A stretch of DNA of 64,000 nt from an uncultured Phycisphaerales bacterium. GTDB taxonomy: Bacteria; Planctomycetota; Phycisphaerae; Tepidisphaerales; Tepidisphaeraceae. This document shows positions 53,115-62,470 of the stretch, piece by piece. The position numbers and the translations under genes are program-made. Numbering within the stretch: the first letter of the stretch is position 1; the number at the start of each line of letters is the position of its first letter. Where the stretch lies: positions 448,001 through 512,000 of the forward strand of contig CAVWLP010000003.1 of the NCBI GenBank assembly GCA_963755915.1. The letters are read 5' to 3'. A model generated the notes under the pieces. That model made no database searches. It was not told the DNA's origin and worked only from the letters and a program-made list of their open reading frames with translations.

Positions 53115-55963
53115 GGCTTAACCGATCCCATGCGCCCCAATTGGCTGGCGACAACGGCAGTCAGTTCGTGCGGATCGACGGGTTTGGCGACGTGCATCTG
53201 GTAGCCCGCTGCCCAGACCTTTCGTCGGTCTTCTGGCCTTGCGTAGGCGGTAAGCGCGATCGCGGGCAGTTCGCGGGCGGTATAGCCTTCGCCTTTGGCG
53301 CGGATGTGGGCAATCAGATCGTACCCATCCTGGCCGGGCATGGAGAGGTCGCTGACGATGAGGTGCGGCCGCACCTCAGTCAGAAGTTCTAGTGCGCGGC
53401 TGACCGAGTCGGCGACAGCGACCGTGGCGCCGGCTTTCTCCAGCGCGAACTTAATGACCGCGCGGGCGTCGGCTTCGTCATCGACCGTGAGGATTCGAAT
53501 GCCATCAAGACGCACCGGAGCGGGTGAACTAGCAAACGCGCCGGTGGCGCGAGCAGCGGTTGCATTGACGTTCCCGGCGTTCTCCTTTTCGTCGGCCTCT
53601 TGCGTCATCACCGCGCGGATGGGCAGGTTGACGATGAACGTCGCGCCTTTGCCCAGCCCCTCGCTTTCCGCTGATACGCTTCCGCCGTGAAGCTCGACGA
53701 TTTGGCGGACAATGGACAGGCCCAGGCCCAGCCCTCCATGCTTTCGCGTGCTGCTGCCATCCTTCTGGCGGAAGCGTTCGAACACGTGTGGCAAAAAATC
53801 GGCGGCAATGCCTTCGCCGTGATCGGTGACGGTAATGCGGGTGCTGGAATCGACGCGCTCGACGAGGACTTCAATATCGCCGACGCGCAAGCTGAACTTG
53901 ATGGCGTTGGTGAGCAGGTTCCAGATCACCTGCTGAATGCGCGTCGGATCGCAGATGATCGGACTGGCGCCGGAAATCACTTCAACCTCGATCTTGATCT
54001 CCTTGGCATCCGCGGCCTGCTGTACGGAGGCGACGGCGTCTTCGACGATCTTCGACAATTCCGCGCTCTTCATGTCGAGCCGCAATTTACCGCTGACGAT
54101 GCGCGACACGTCCAGCACGTCTTCGATGAGCTGTTGTTGCATGCGCGCGTTCCTTTCAATAACGGCGGCTGCGTCGGTGACAGATTTTTCGTCATGGGGC
54201 GCGGAGCGGAGAAGGACCGACCAGCCGAGAATTGCAGTGAGTGGCGTGCGCAGTTCATGCGACAGCGTAGCGAGAAACGTGTCCTTGGCGCGATTGGCGG
54301 CCTCGGCCTCAATGCGCAGCGACTGCTCGTTGACGAGCATCGCCTGCCGGTCGCGCTCGGCCTGCACGCGCTCGCTGACGTCGCGGATGTTCAGTTGAAT
54401 CACACGGTGGTCGGCTTCGTGATAGAGGTTGGCGACGATCTCGACAGGATGCGGGCGGCCGTTGCGGTCTTTCAGGTCGATGTCGTGGAACTTGCTGGAG
54501 CCTTGCGCAAGAAGCTCCTGCATCGCGCGGTCGTTGTCGGCGGCGCTCTTGAATATGCCGATTAGCCAGAGCGCGTTGCCGATGAAGTATTCGCGCGGCT
54601 GGTCGAGCAAGTCGAGCATGAATGGATTGACGTCATTGATGAGATGCGTCTCGGCGTGAAGAATGAAGATGCCGTCATGCGCGGCCTCGAATAGTCTGCG
54701 GTATCGAATTTCGGAATTCTTCAATGACTGCTCTGCGCGGCGGCGCTCGCTGATATCCGCAAATAGCAGCCCGACGCGCCGGCTTTCCGCGTTGCCGAGG
54801 CGGAAGGCGTAAATGTCGAACGCCTTCTCGCCGAAGGCTTTGCCTTCGTTGACGAACCGGATGGCCTTGCCCGTGAGCGCGACCTTGCCATAAAGTTCAA
54901 ACCAGTAGGGTTCGTGGTCGGGCACGAGTTCGCGGATTCGTTTGCCGACGGAACTGGGCAATCCTGTCTGCTTTTCAAACGCTGGGTTGGTGGCGAGAAA
55001 ACGATAATCCTGAGCATTGCCGCGGTCGTCAAAGATCAGGTCGATGACGCAGAAACCTTCTTCGCTGGAGTTGAAGAGTGTGCGGCATTGGTCCTCACTC
55101 TGCGCGAGAAGGCGCTCGGCGGCGCGGCGGTCGGTAATGTCGTGGAAGACCATCACCACGCCGGTGATCTGACCGTTCTCGTCGCGGATGGGGGCGGCGC
55201 TGTCGTCGATCGGGCGCTCGCTGCCGTCTTTGGCAATGAGCACCGTGTGATTCGCGAGGCCGACGATCCCGCCGAGCCGGATCGCTTTAGTGACCGGGCT
55301 TTCGACGAGCTTGCGGGATTCCTCATTGACGATGTTGAAGACTTCATGGACGGGTTTGCCTTGGGCACCCTGCACTCGCCAGCCGGTCATGGTTTCCGCG
55401 ATCGGGTTCATGTAAATGACGCGGGCATTGGCATCGGTGGCGATGACGGCATCGCCGATGCTGGCGAGCGTGGTCTGGAACCACATCTTCTGCCGCGCAA
55501 TCTCAAGTTCGGCGTGACGGCGATCCGTGACGTCTTCGATCGCGAGAAGGATGAGCGGCGGCGTTTCCGGGCCATCGTGCAATCGACGGGCGTTGAGGAA
55601 CATGATGCGCCGGCCGATGTCGGGAAAATCGTGCTCGACCTGGTAATCGTCAAAGTGGCCGTTGCCGGGCAACAATTTATCGAGCAACTCACGCAACGCC
55701 GGGATATCCCACTGGCCGTTGCCGAGATCGTAGATCAGCCGATTGAGCGTTTGTTCCGGCGTAGTATTAAATGTCTGGTAGAACGATGGGCTTGCTACAA
55801 TGACCCGCAGGTCCGAATCCAATACCAGCAACGGCTCGCGCACGGTCTGTACGATTTCGTTACTGTAGTTGTGGGGAATCACATTGATAAGAGATGATAT
55901 CAGCGTCGGAATGCGGTAGTCAACGGCAATTCCTAGGAGTGCCGACGACCTAAATGAGCCCAA
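53105..55963 (-). CDS. Multi-PAS hybrid histidine kinase/response regulator (start uncertain)
   Basis: PAS/PAC repeats, H-box LSHELRTPL, NLLTNAIKF, GGLGLGL, receiver SDLSMP. Confidence 0.93.
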   Translation of the reverse strand: MGSFRSSALLGIAVDYRIPTLISSLINVIPHNYSNEIVQTVREPLLVLDSDLRVIVASPSFYQTFNTTPEQTLNRLIYDLGNGQWDIPALRELLDKLLPGNGHFDDYQVEHDFPDIGRRIMFLNARRLHDGPETPPLILLAIEDVTDRRHAELEIARQKMWFQTTLASIGDAVIATDANARVIYMNPIAETMTGWRVQGAQGKPVHEVFNIVNEESRKLVESPVTKAIRLGGIVGLANHTVLIAKDGSERPIDDSAAPIRDENGQITGVVMVFHDITDRRAAERLLAQSEDQCRTLFNSSEEGFCVIDLIFDDRGNAQDYRFLATNPAFEKQTGLPSSVGKRIRELVPDHEPYWFELYGKVALTGKAIRFVNEGKAFGEKAFDIYAFRLGNAESRRVGLLFADISERRRAEQSLKNSEIRYRRLFEAAHDGIFILHAETHLINDVNPFMLDLLDQPREYFIGNALWLIGIFKSAADNDRAMQELLAQGSSKFHDIDLKDRNGRPHPVEIVANLYHEADHRVIQLNIRDVSERVQAERDRQAMLVNEQSLRIEAEAANRAKDTFLATLSHELRTPLTAILGWSVLLRSAPHDEKSVTDAAAVIERNARMQQQLIEDVLDVSRIVSGKLRLDMKSAELSKIVEDAVASVQQAADAKEIKIEVEVISGASPIICDPTRIQQVIWNLLTNAIKFSLRVGDIEVLVERVDSSTRITVTDHGEGIAADFLPHVFERFRQKDGSSTRKHGGLGLGLSIVRQIVELHGGSVSAESEGLGKGATFIVNLPIRAVMTQEADEKENAGNVNATAARATGAFASSPAPVRLDGIRILTVDDEADARAVIKFALEKAGATVAVADSVSRALELLTEVRPHLIVSDLSMPGQDGYDLIAHIRAKGEGYTARELPAIALTAYARPEDRRKVWAAGYQMHVAKPVDPHELTAVVASQLGRMGSVKPQT

Positions 55964-56125
55964 CCTCGCCTTCAGAAAGACCGGATCGAATCACCGATCG
56001 CCCTCTCCCTCCACCACCTGTACGCCGAGTGATGCTGCGAAAGGTCGTCTTTGTGCTATCGCATCCGCAATCGCTGCCGATGTGGGACTTTATGAGCCGA
56101 TGACGGCCGTGCTGCCAATTCTTTT

Positions 56126-56731
56126 CTATCGCGATGTTGCCCAGCTATCAGGTGTCAGCTTTGGAATCGCCTCTGATTGCATCCCGTCCCAATTTCTCGT
56201 GGCAATCAAAGACTGCAATTTCGTCGTAGGAGTCTGTGGATCAAGCCATGCGGCGCAGTCCTCGTCGAGCAAGATCGCCGGCATTCGGTGGTGGATTGGC
56301 TGCATGAAGTCGTTGGGGGCGCAGGTAATCATCGTCATCGTGTCGCCCGACCAAAGCCCCGCGAAACAAAACAGTCGATCATCGGAGAAGTGAATCAGCG
56401 TCGGTTGCTTGTTCGGCCACTCATAGAAACCATCGGTGGGGATCAAACACCGACGATGCTTGAACGATTCTCGAAACGTCGGCTTGACCGCCACGGTTTC
56501 ACCCGCGGCGTTGAAGATTCGTTTTGATTTGTCCCACGGCGCGAGAAATCCCCATTCGGCCACGGCCAATTTTCGCTGGCTACCATCGAACGTCACAATA
56601 GGCACTCGTTGTGAGATCGAGATGTTCAGGCGTGGCCGCTCCGAAAATTCCTCGAATAGCTCGGTCACCCTCAGACCGAGCAATTCCGCGATGTGACGGA
56701 GCGAAAGTTTCAAACGGTAGCGAGCGCACAT
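56126..56731 (-). CDS. SOS response-associated peptidase (SRAP/YedK-like)
   Basis: MCARY with Cys2, RCLIP.DGFYEW, IHHRMP. Confidence 0.88.
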   Translation of the reverse strand: MCARYRLKLSLRHIAELLGLRVTELFEEFSERPRLNISISQRVPIVTFDGSQRKLAVAEWGFLAPWDKSKRIFNAAGETVAVKPTFRESFKHRRCLIPTDGFYEWPNKQPTLIHFSDDRLFCFAGLWSGDTMTMITCAPNDFMQPIHHRMPAILLDEDCAAWLDPQTPTTKLQSLIATRNWDGMQSEAIPKLTPDSWATSR

Positions 56732-56778
56732 TGCGCATTGATGATAGCATTGCGACGGCAAAGTTCAGCGCATAAACG

Positions 56779-56813
56779 AGGTCCGGTCGGGGAACGGATG
56801 CCCGACCGGACCT
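56779..56813. terminator. 13-bp hairpin after the small gene 56827-57093
   Basis: AGGTCCGGTCGGG-N9-CCCGACCGGACCT. Confidence 0.5.
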
Positions 56814-56826
56814 GCGATGTTGACCG

Positions 56827-57093
56827 CTATTTCGATACTTCCTGCGGCCGCTGCTGCTGACTGAGTGCGACGATCCGGCCGTGGGCCTGGTCGGCGACTT
56901 TCGCCAGCACCAGCAAGTCGTCGCGGCCGAAGCTCTCGGTGCTCCGCCAGCCTTTCTCCTCATCGCGGTAGATCCGCTGGAACGTGACGTTGAAACGCGG
57001 GCCGCCTTCGGTTTCGTTCTTCCAGATGGCGGCTTTCACGCTGCCGATCCGAACTTCCTCGACGGGCTTGTTGGTGGATTTCTGCTTCGCCAT
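56827..57093 (-). CDS. Small conserved protein, paralog of 35723-36019
   Basis: GAGGAG Shine-Dalgarno; AAIWKN...NVTFQRIYRD..W.STESF..DDLL. Confidence 0.85.
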   Translation of the reverse strand: MAKQKSTNKPVEEVRIGSVKAAIWKNETEGGPRFNVTFQRIYRDEEKGWRSTESFGRDDLLVLAKVADQAHGRIVALSQQQRPQEVSK

Positions 57094-57700
57094 AAAAAGC
57101 TCCTCTTTTAAAAAGGGTTTGGTTGTTCCGTTCGCAAGGCGATTGACGGACAAACGAACCCTTGAAGGGGCTGGCCGCCGGGGCGCAGTGGAGCGCCGGA
57201 AGCGACGGGCCAAAGGCCAAAGCGACAGTGAATGACACGCGGATCGCGGTCCGCGCAGCGGCGATGCAATCGAGCGATCCGCGTGGCGTGAGCGTCGCAC
57301 AGGAGCGACCAGAGCGCAGCGGAGAACCGGCGGAGTTTTGGCGAAAGGCGGGAATCCACATATACCCGGCGCGGGGGCGAATCGGCTGCTTGCCGCCTGG
57401 GTGAACGAATCGAGGGTGGTCGTTCTACGTCATGTGCTGGAATCTGCGCAATACCAGGCAAAGGCTGGCATGGAAGCTCGCGGTCGGCAGATTGCTGAGG
57501 ATTGGCGGTTCGCCGACGGGTTGGCCAACGGATCGACGCTTGGGGCAGCGGGCGGCGGGAAGTAGCGGTCAATATTGCGGTCGGTCGAATGGGCCTTTGC
57601 CGCGACTTCGCACCGTGCAATTAGCCTAATTCGGAATTAGGGAATATTGATCAAAAGTACATTCCTGCCATTCAGAATGGAGCGACCCTAAAGCAGCGAG

Positions 57701-59861
57701 TCATGGCAACTCGGTCGCATTGAGATCAATCCAAGTTTTGCCGCCATCAGTGGTTTGCAGTAGTGTTCGGACGCGAGAATCTTCGTTGCGGAGGAAGGCC
57801 CAGCCGCAGTCGCGATCGGCGAAATCGAGTCGCTCGATGTCCTGCCCATGCGCGAGGCAATCCTGCAACGCCGCATCGGCATTGATTTTTGACCACGTTT
57901 TCCCTCCGTCTTCGGTGTTCCAGAAATTTCCAGTGACTGACTTAGGCGACCATGAATAGGAAAAGTTAGAGGCCCACACCCAGCCGACTTTTGTGTTGGC
58001 AAAGGCGATGACGCCGTTGACCACGTTAAATGGCGTCGTCGGCCGCCATGTCTGACCTCCGTCCTGCGTGCCGTAGATGATAGTCCACGGACCGGAATCG
58101 TATAAACTATCCCCATTGCGATAGAGTCGTGCGGTTAAGATTGCATTCTTCTTGGCAGCGTCGAAGAAAATCGGGAGCGCCGTGGGCTCAATCTGCTCAT
58201 CCTGAGGAAGACCAGCGGGCAGCGTGAGCGGTTGAAGCTTCCACGTGCGGCCCCCGTCGTGCGTCATCGCCAGGGAGACAGGTCCCGTAGTCGTATCAGA
58301 CCCGACGAGCCAGCCCGTGAACGCATCGCGAAAGATAATCGCGCCACTGTGTGGAAGGTAATCGTTAGTGCTAGCCACCTCGCGCCATGTGGCGCCAGCG
58401 TCCTTGGTTCGGAAGAGTGTTCCCGGGGAAGAACTCATACCATGATCAGGCCCAAGCATAAGCCAACCGTGGTTCTTGTCCGAAAACGTGAGGTTGGATT
58501 CTTCCAAGTCTGAGACTCTCGGAGCGGTGAAATCGTCCCCGCTCCAATGCTCGCCGCCGTCGGTTGTGCGGCGAAAATGCACGGTGGCGCTTTCATTTTT
58601 GACATATGCGATCCAGGCAGTGCTGGAATCCCGGAACACTGAATTGCACGTCGCGAATGCAATGCCGCAATCCATGATTGGCCCGGACGGCGCGATTTTC
58701 TTCCACGTCCTTCCGCCATCCGCTGTTCTTAATATCTCAAAATCAGTTTCGGCCCAGCCATTTTCGCGATCCACGAAATGAATGGTATAAAAGTCGGGAA
58801 TATGCGGAGGTGAATAAGAATCATCTTCTCCGGCGTGGAACCATTCGGGAAGAACAATCTTGCGCCGGCAGGCACCGCCGCGGTAAGAAAAGGATTCAAT
58901 GCGATTAGCGCTTTGCTGGCAGCCTGAGATGTTTTTGTATTCCGGCCATTGCCATCGGGGACGATCGGAACATCCGAGCAACGGTGAGCCAATCGACGGA
59001 GAAAATCCTTCAACGGCTCAGTTTTGGAGGCGATCACGTAGCACGGACCTTGGCGTCGGAACGCCCCCGGCATATATCTTCAGGCGAAATGCCATCCGCC
59101 AGACCGCCGGAATCGGCGATTGCGGGGACCATTGTTCGGCAGATCGTCAATGACGGATGATCGGGTGTATCCAGCTCTCCGCCCTCCAGCCCCCAATCAT
59201 CCTTGGTGAGCAGCGTAAAGGTGAGCTTCACGGGCGAAGATGGATCATTCTTCCATGTGACGTCGGCCTCCACCGAATCAGCAATGTATTCCGACGCCCC
59301 CGAACAGCCGCTGGAACCAACAGGGCCTTCGCCCAGGAGATGCCAACGATGTTTGCCATCGCAGAGGAGGAAAATGTTGCGCGTCTGCGTGATGCTCCCG
59401 CTTCCTTCCGCGGGCGAAGAATTCCAATGAACTTGATAGACGACGCCACGCACAGGGTCACGCGCGATAATCATCGGCTGCGGATCGACAAATCGCGTGT
59501 AGAGAAAAGCAGGACCTTCCGTTTTGTCCCAGTAATTGTGCGCATCCAACAGAAAGCAGGCGGGAGTTGCGCGAGCAATTTGCAGATCGTAGGCGCGGTT
59601 CATCGTGAACTCGACTTTGCCGGATTCATCGTGCGTGATCCAGAGCATATCTCTGTCGCGCCACACGAACTTCGGGTTGGTAAGGCGAGCCAGAGCGTCG
59701 AACGATTCCGCCTGTTGACGGATTTTCAGTCCATTGTCCAATTTATCAACTGCGGTGACAGAAGGCTGAGTTATTGCCGGTCTCGGCACATCATCGGCCA
59801 ACGCGGCCATTGTCGGGAGAAGCAAAAGAATTGAAAGCGGGAAAATCCAGTGTCTCGACAT
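57701..59861 (-). CDS. Secreted protein: unknown domain + LysM-like segment + BNR/Ycf48-like propeller (probably one gene with two frameshifts)
   Basis: Signal peptide; ORFs 59034-59900, 58729-59073 and 57701-58981 join via two 1-base shifts; repeated TxDGGxTW motifs. Confidence 0.6.
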
Positions 59862-59984
59862 TTCGCACCATCCTTGGTGAATTCGAGCTTCCTTGCTCAC
59901 CGTTCCATTGTCATCGGTTTAGGATATCTCGACGGTCTATAAATTGCACTTTGCTGGCCGATCTCTGTGATATAATAAAAACCG

Positions 59985-60305
59985 ATGACCGCGCAACTGA
60001 CAGAGCGAGACTCATACTCGTGGCAAGGCAATCTTGCGGCAGCAGCGTTATTTATAATGGTCATCGCTGCGGTTAATTCATGCCTCGTGTGGAAGGCCGA
60101 CAAAGGATTTGGTGTTTGGCTGTGGATTTTTATTTTTGCCCCTCTGACGAATCTGCTTTTGATGTTTCTCGGTGTGGCCTTCCGCCACCTGATGCGCCGA
60201 ATGTTTATGGCAAGAATTTCGTCTTTTGTCTTGGTAGCAACCTGCGGTTGCGGCATAGCCGTCCTGGTAGACGCGCTGGCGATTCTTGTTCGTGCAATGA
60301 AATAG
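59985..60305 (+). CDS. Hypothetical three-TM membrane protein
   Basis: Three hydrophobic segments. Confidence 0.6.
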   Translation: MTAQLTERDSYSWQGNLAAAALFIMVIAAVNSCLVWKADKGFGVWLWIFIFAPLTNLLLMFLGVAFRHLMRRMFMARISSFVLVATCGCGIAVLVDALAILVRAMK

Positions 60306-60308
60306 ACC

Positions 60309-61352
60309 TTACTTTCCATTGGCTTGAATTTCCTGCTGCGTCGGAAGGTAGACGATTGCGCCCTGAGGTAGCGTGCCGTCGACCAATGCTGGATTTTTGT
60401 TTTGGACCATTTTTTTGAATGCAGCCGCCTCTGGGCGATCAGCATCCGCGATGCTCTGATCCGTGTGTTCGATCTGCCAGTAAATGTACCGATTGCTTAT
60501 TTCGTCAAGTGTCTCGTGTGGGCCAGCAATAAGGAATGAATCCGTAAGCCATCGGAGCCTGGCGGCCGGTAGACCGTCGAGAAGCGCTTCGCGATGTATT
60601 TCGAGATCGGGATAAAGCGGCTGCGCCGACTCCTGTGCCATCCCATTCCGTTCCGTCGTGCTGAATTCGATGATTGCCGGAGCCTTGAGATCACCGGTCA
60701 ATGTAGCTTTTGCATCCGACGTAAATGCTTCACATTCTATTCCGCTTTTGCCGCAACATTCGCTGGGGCCTTCGCCGATGACCTGCCAGCGATTGTTCGG
60801 GCCGTGAAGAGCATAGAGCCGGCACTGCGTGACGTCATGTCCAGAGCCGAAAGAATCACATTGGATGCCGATCTCATAAAGATCCCATTCACCGCGGCGT
60901 TGGAGAATCCTGGCGTAATCCCCAGAGCCGCTATCACTGATCGGTTTTACGCTGACGAGCTGGAGATCACGCACTACACGATCGAGTATTTCGGCGGTGA
61001 CAAGGCCGTCACGATCCCGTTCGATCTCGTCGGCTCTGCCGTGACGCAGGAGAGCCCAAAACGGCAAACCTTGGGCAAATCGTACCCATTGAGGCGAACC
61101 GACGGTGAAAGCGGGTGTGCCATTCGCGCCGGTTTTCACCCACAACCAGTCCGAATTCCAGATTATCGTGGGTTTGGTCGCCGCAATCAGGCTTTGCAGG
61201 GAATTCGCACGCGCCACTATCTTCGGCGGCGGAGTGAATTTATCGAAAACAAACGCCTTGTTCGGATCAGGATGGTCCTGTCGGGGCGCCTCTCCTGAAA
61301 AGCACCCTGTCGCGGAGAACCCGATACAAAGGACCGCTGAGATAAATCGCAT
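60309..61352 (-). CDS. Putative lipoprotein, paralog of the 59861 N-terminal domain
   Basis: Lipobox ATGC; shared RWxxxGEGPxxxxGxSG; LysM-like C-terminus. Confidence 0.7.
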   Translation of the reverse strand: MRFISAVLCIGFSATGCFSGEAPRQDHPDPNKAFVFDKFTPPPKIVARANSLQSLIAATKPTIIWNSDWLWVKTGANGTPAFTVGSPQWVRFAQGLPFWALLRHGRADEIERDRDGLVTAEILDRVVRDLQLVSVKPISDSGSGDYARILQRRGEWDLYEIGIQCDSFGSGHDVTQCRLYALHGPNNRWQVIGEGPSECCGKSGIECEAFTSDAKATLTGDLKAPAIIEFSTTERNGMAQESAQPLYPDLEIHREALLDGLPAARLRWLTDSFLIAGPHETLDEISNRYIYWQIEHTDQSIADADRPEAAAFKKMVQNKNPALVDGTLPQGAIVYLPTQQEIQANGK

Positions 61353-61599
61353 ATAGCCATCCTTGGCCTATTCGGCATCAACGCTTCATCTTATTTTTTC
61401 GGGTAAACTTACCTGCCGTCATTGATTGCCTTCACCAACTATTTTGTTTTCATGTGTCAAATCAGACGCGCGCCTGTTTCCACTTTTATGAAGCGCATTG
61501 CGCCCACATTCTCAAATCCATTCGAGTTGCGGGCATATTTGCATTAGACCCTGTCCGGTTGCATGTGGTGTCGGTCTTGCGAGGAACCGCGCTCAGAAA

Positions 61600-62298
61600 T
61601 TACGGTTTCATTTCCCTGGTCCTGTTGACCGCGTCGGCTGCTTGATGCGGGTCGTACATGCCGAAGAATCGCAACACCGCCTGCTTCACATTTTCGCATT
61701 CGGAGGCCACGTCTGGTTCGTACACATAGGAGAACCCGTCTTCAGCGCCCTCAAGTTTAATGCTGTAGTCGGTACAGTAAAGGTCGGGAAGCGGGTAAAA
61801 GCGGAATTTAGCATCCGCTTCCCGAAAGGCAGCAAGCCGACGCGTCTCATCCGGCGTTGTTGCAATGTAATCATCAAACTTATGTGGGATGTCGGCAATA
61901 TTGAGCGCTAATGTATCGCGCACCTTTTGGGTCGCGACATTCGCCGCAGCCAAATGCTCGTATTCGTCCATCGACAGTTTCGGGGCGAGCCGCAACGTGA
62001 GGCGATAGGTTCGTTCCGTTGTGGGTTGCGGAATTGTCGAGGGAGCCGTTGATGTCAACGCTTGCCCGTTGATCTCAGCGCTTGCCCATTGAACGATCTT
62101 GTTGCGCTGAATGACGATGTCATTTCCGTTGCTGACGACGGTCCATCCGTTTGGGACAAGAAGGCGAATCCGCGCCGACCAACGGTCAACATCCGCCTTG
62201 GGTATGGTTCGCTCGACTGGTTCGACCTTGTCGGCTGAGATCGCTATCGCAACGGTTGAGAGCAGTATAAAACCACCGAGAATGAAACGATAAAGCAT
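61600..62298 (-). CDS. Hypothetical secreted protein
   Basis: GGAG Shine-Dalgarno, signal peptide MLYRFILGGFILLSTVAIA. Confidence 0.65.
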   Translation of the reverse strand: MLYRFILGGFILLSTVAIAISADKVEPVERTIPKADVDRWSARIRLLVPNGWTVVSNGNDIVIQRNKIVQWASAEINGQALTSTAPSTIPQPTTERTYRLTLRLAPKLSMDEYEHLAAANVATQKVRDTLALNIADIPHKFDDYIATTPDETRRLAAFREADAKFRFYPLPDLYCTDYSIKLEGAEDGFSYVYEPDVASECENVKQAVLRFFGMYDPHQAADAVNRTREMKP

Positions 62299-62470
62299 TT
62301 TGCTCCAATCGCATAATGGTCTGTGCTTGGCGCCGTGATACCTAGTGCGGCCATGTATTAATAAACAAGCTAAGCTAATAATTCGATACGAGCCAGTCCA
62401 CATTAAAGAGTGGCATTTCCAACCATCTTGTTTAAGGCTGGCATGACAGCCAGCCTCAATGGACAAGCGC

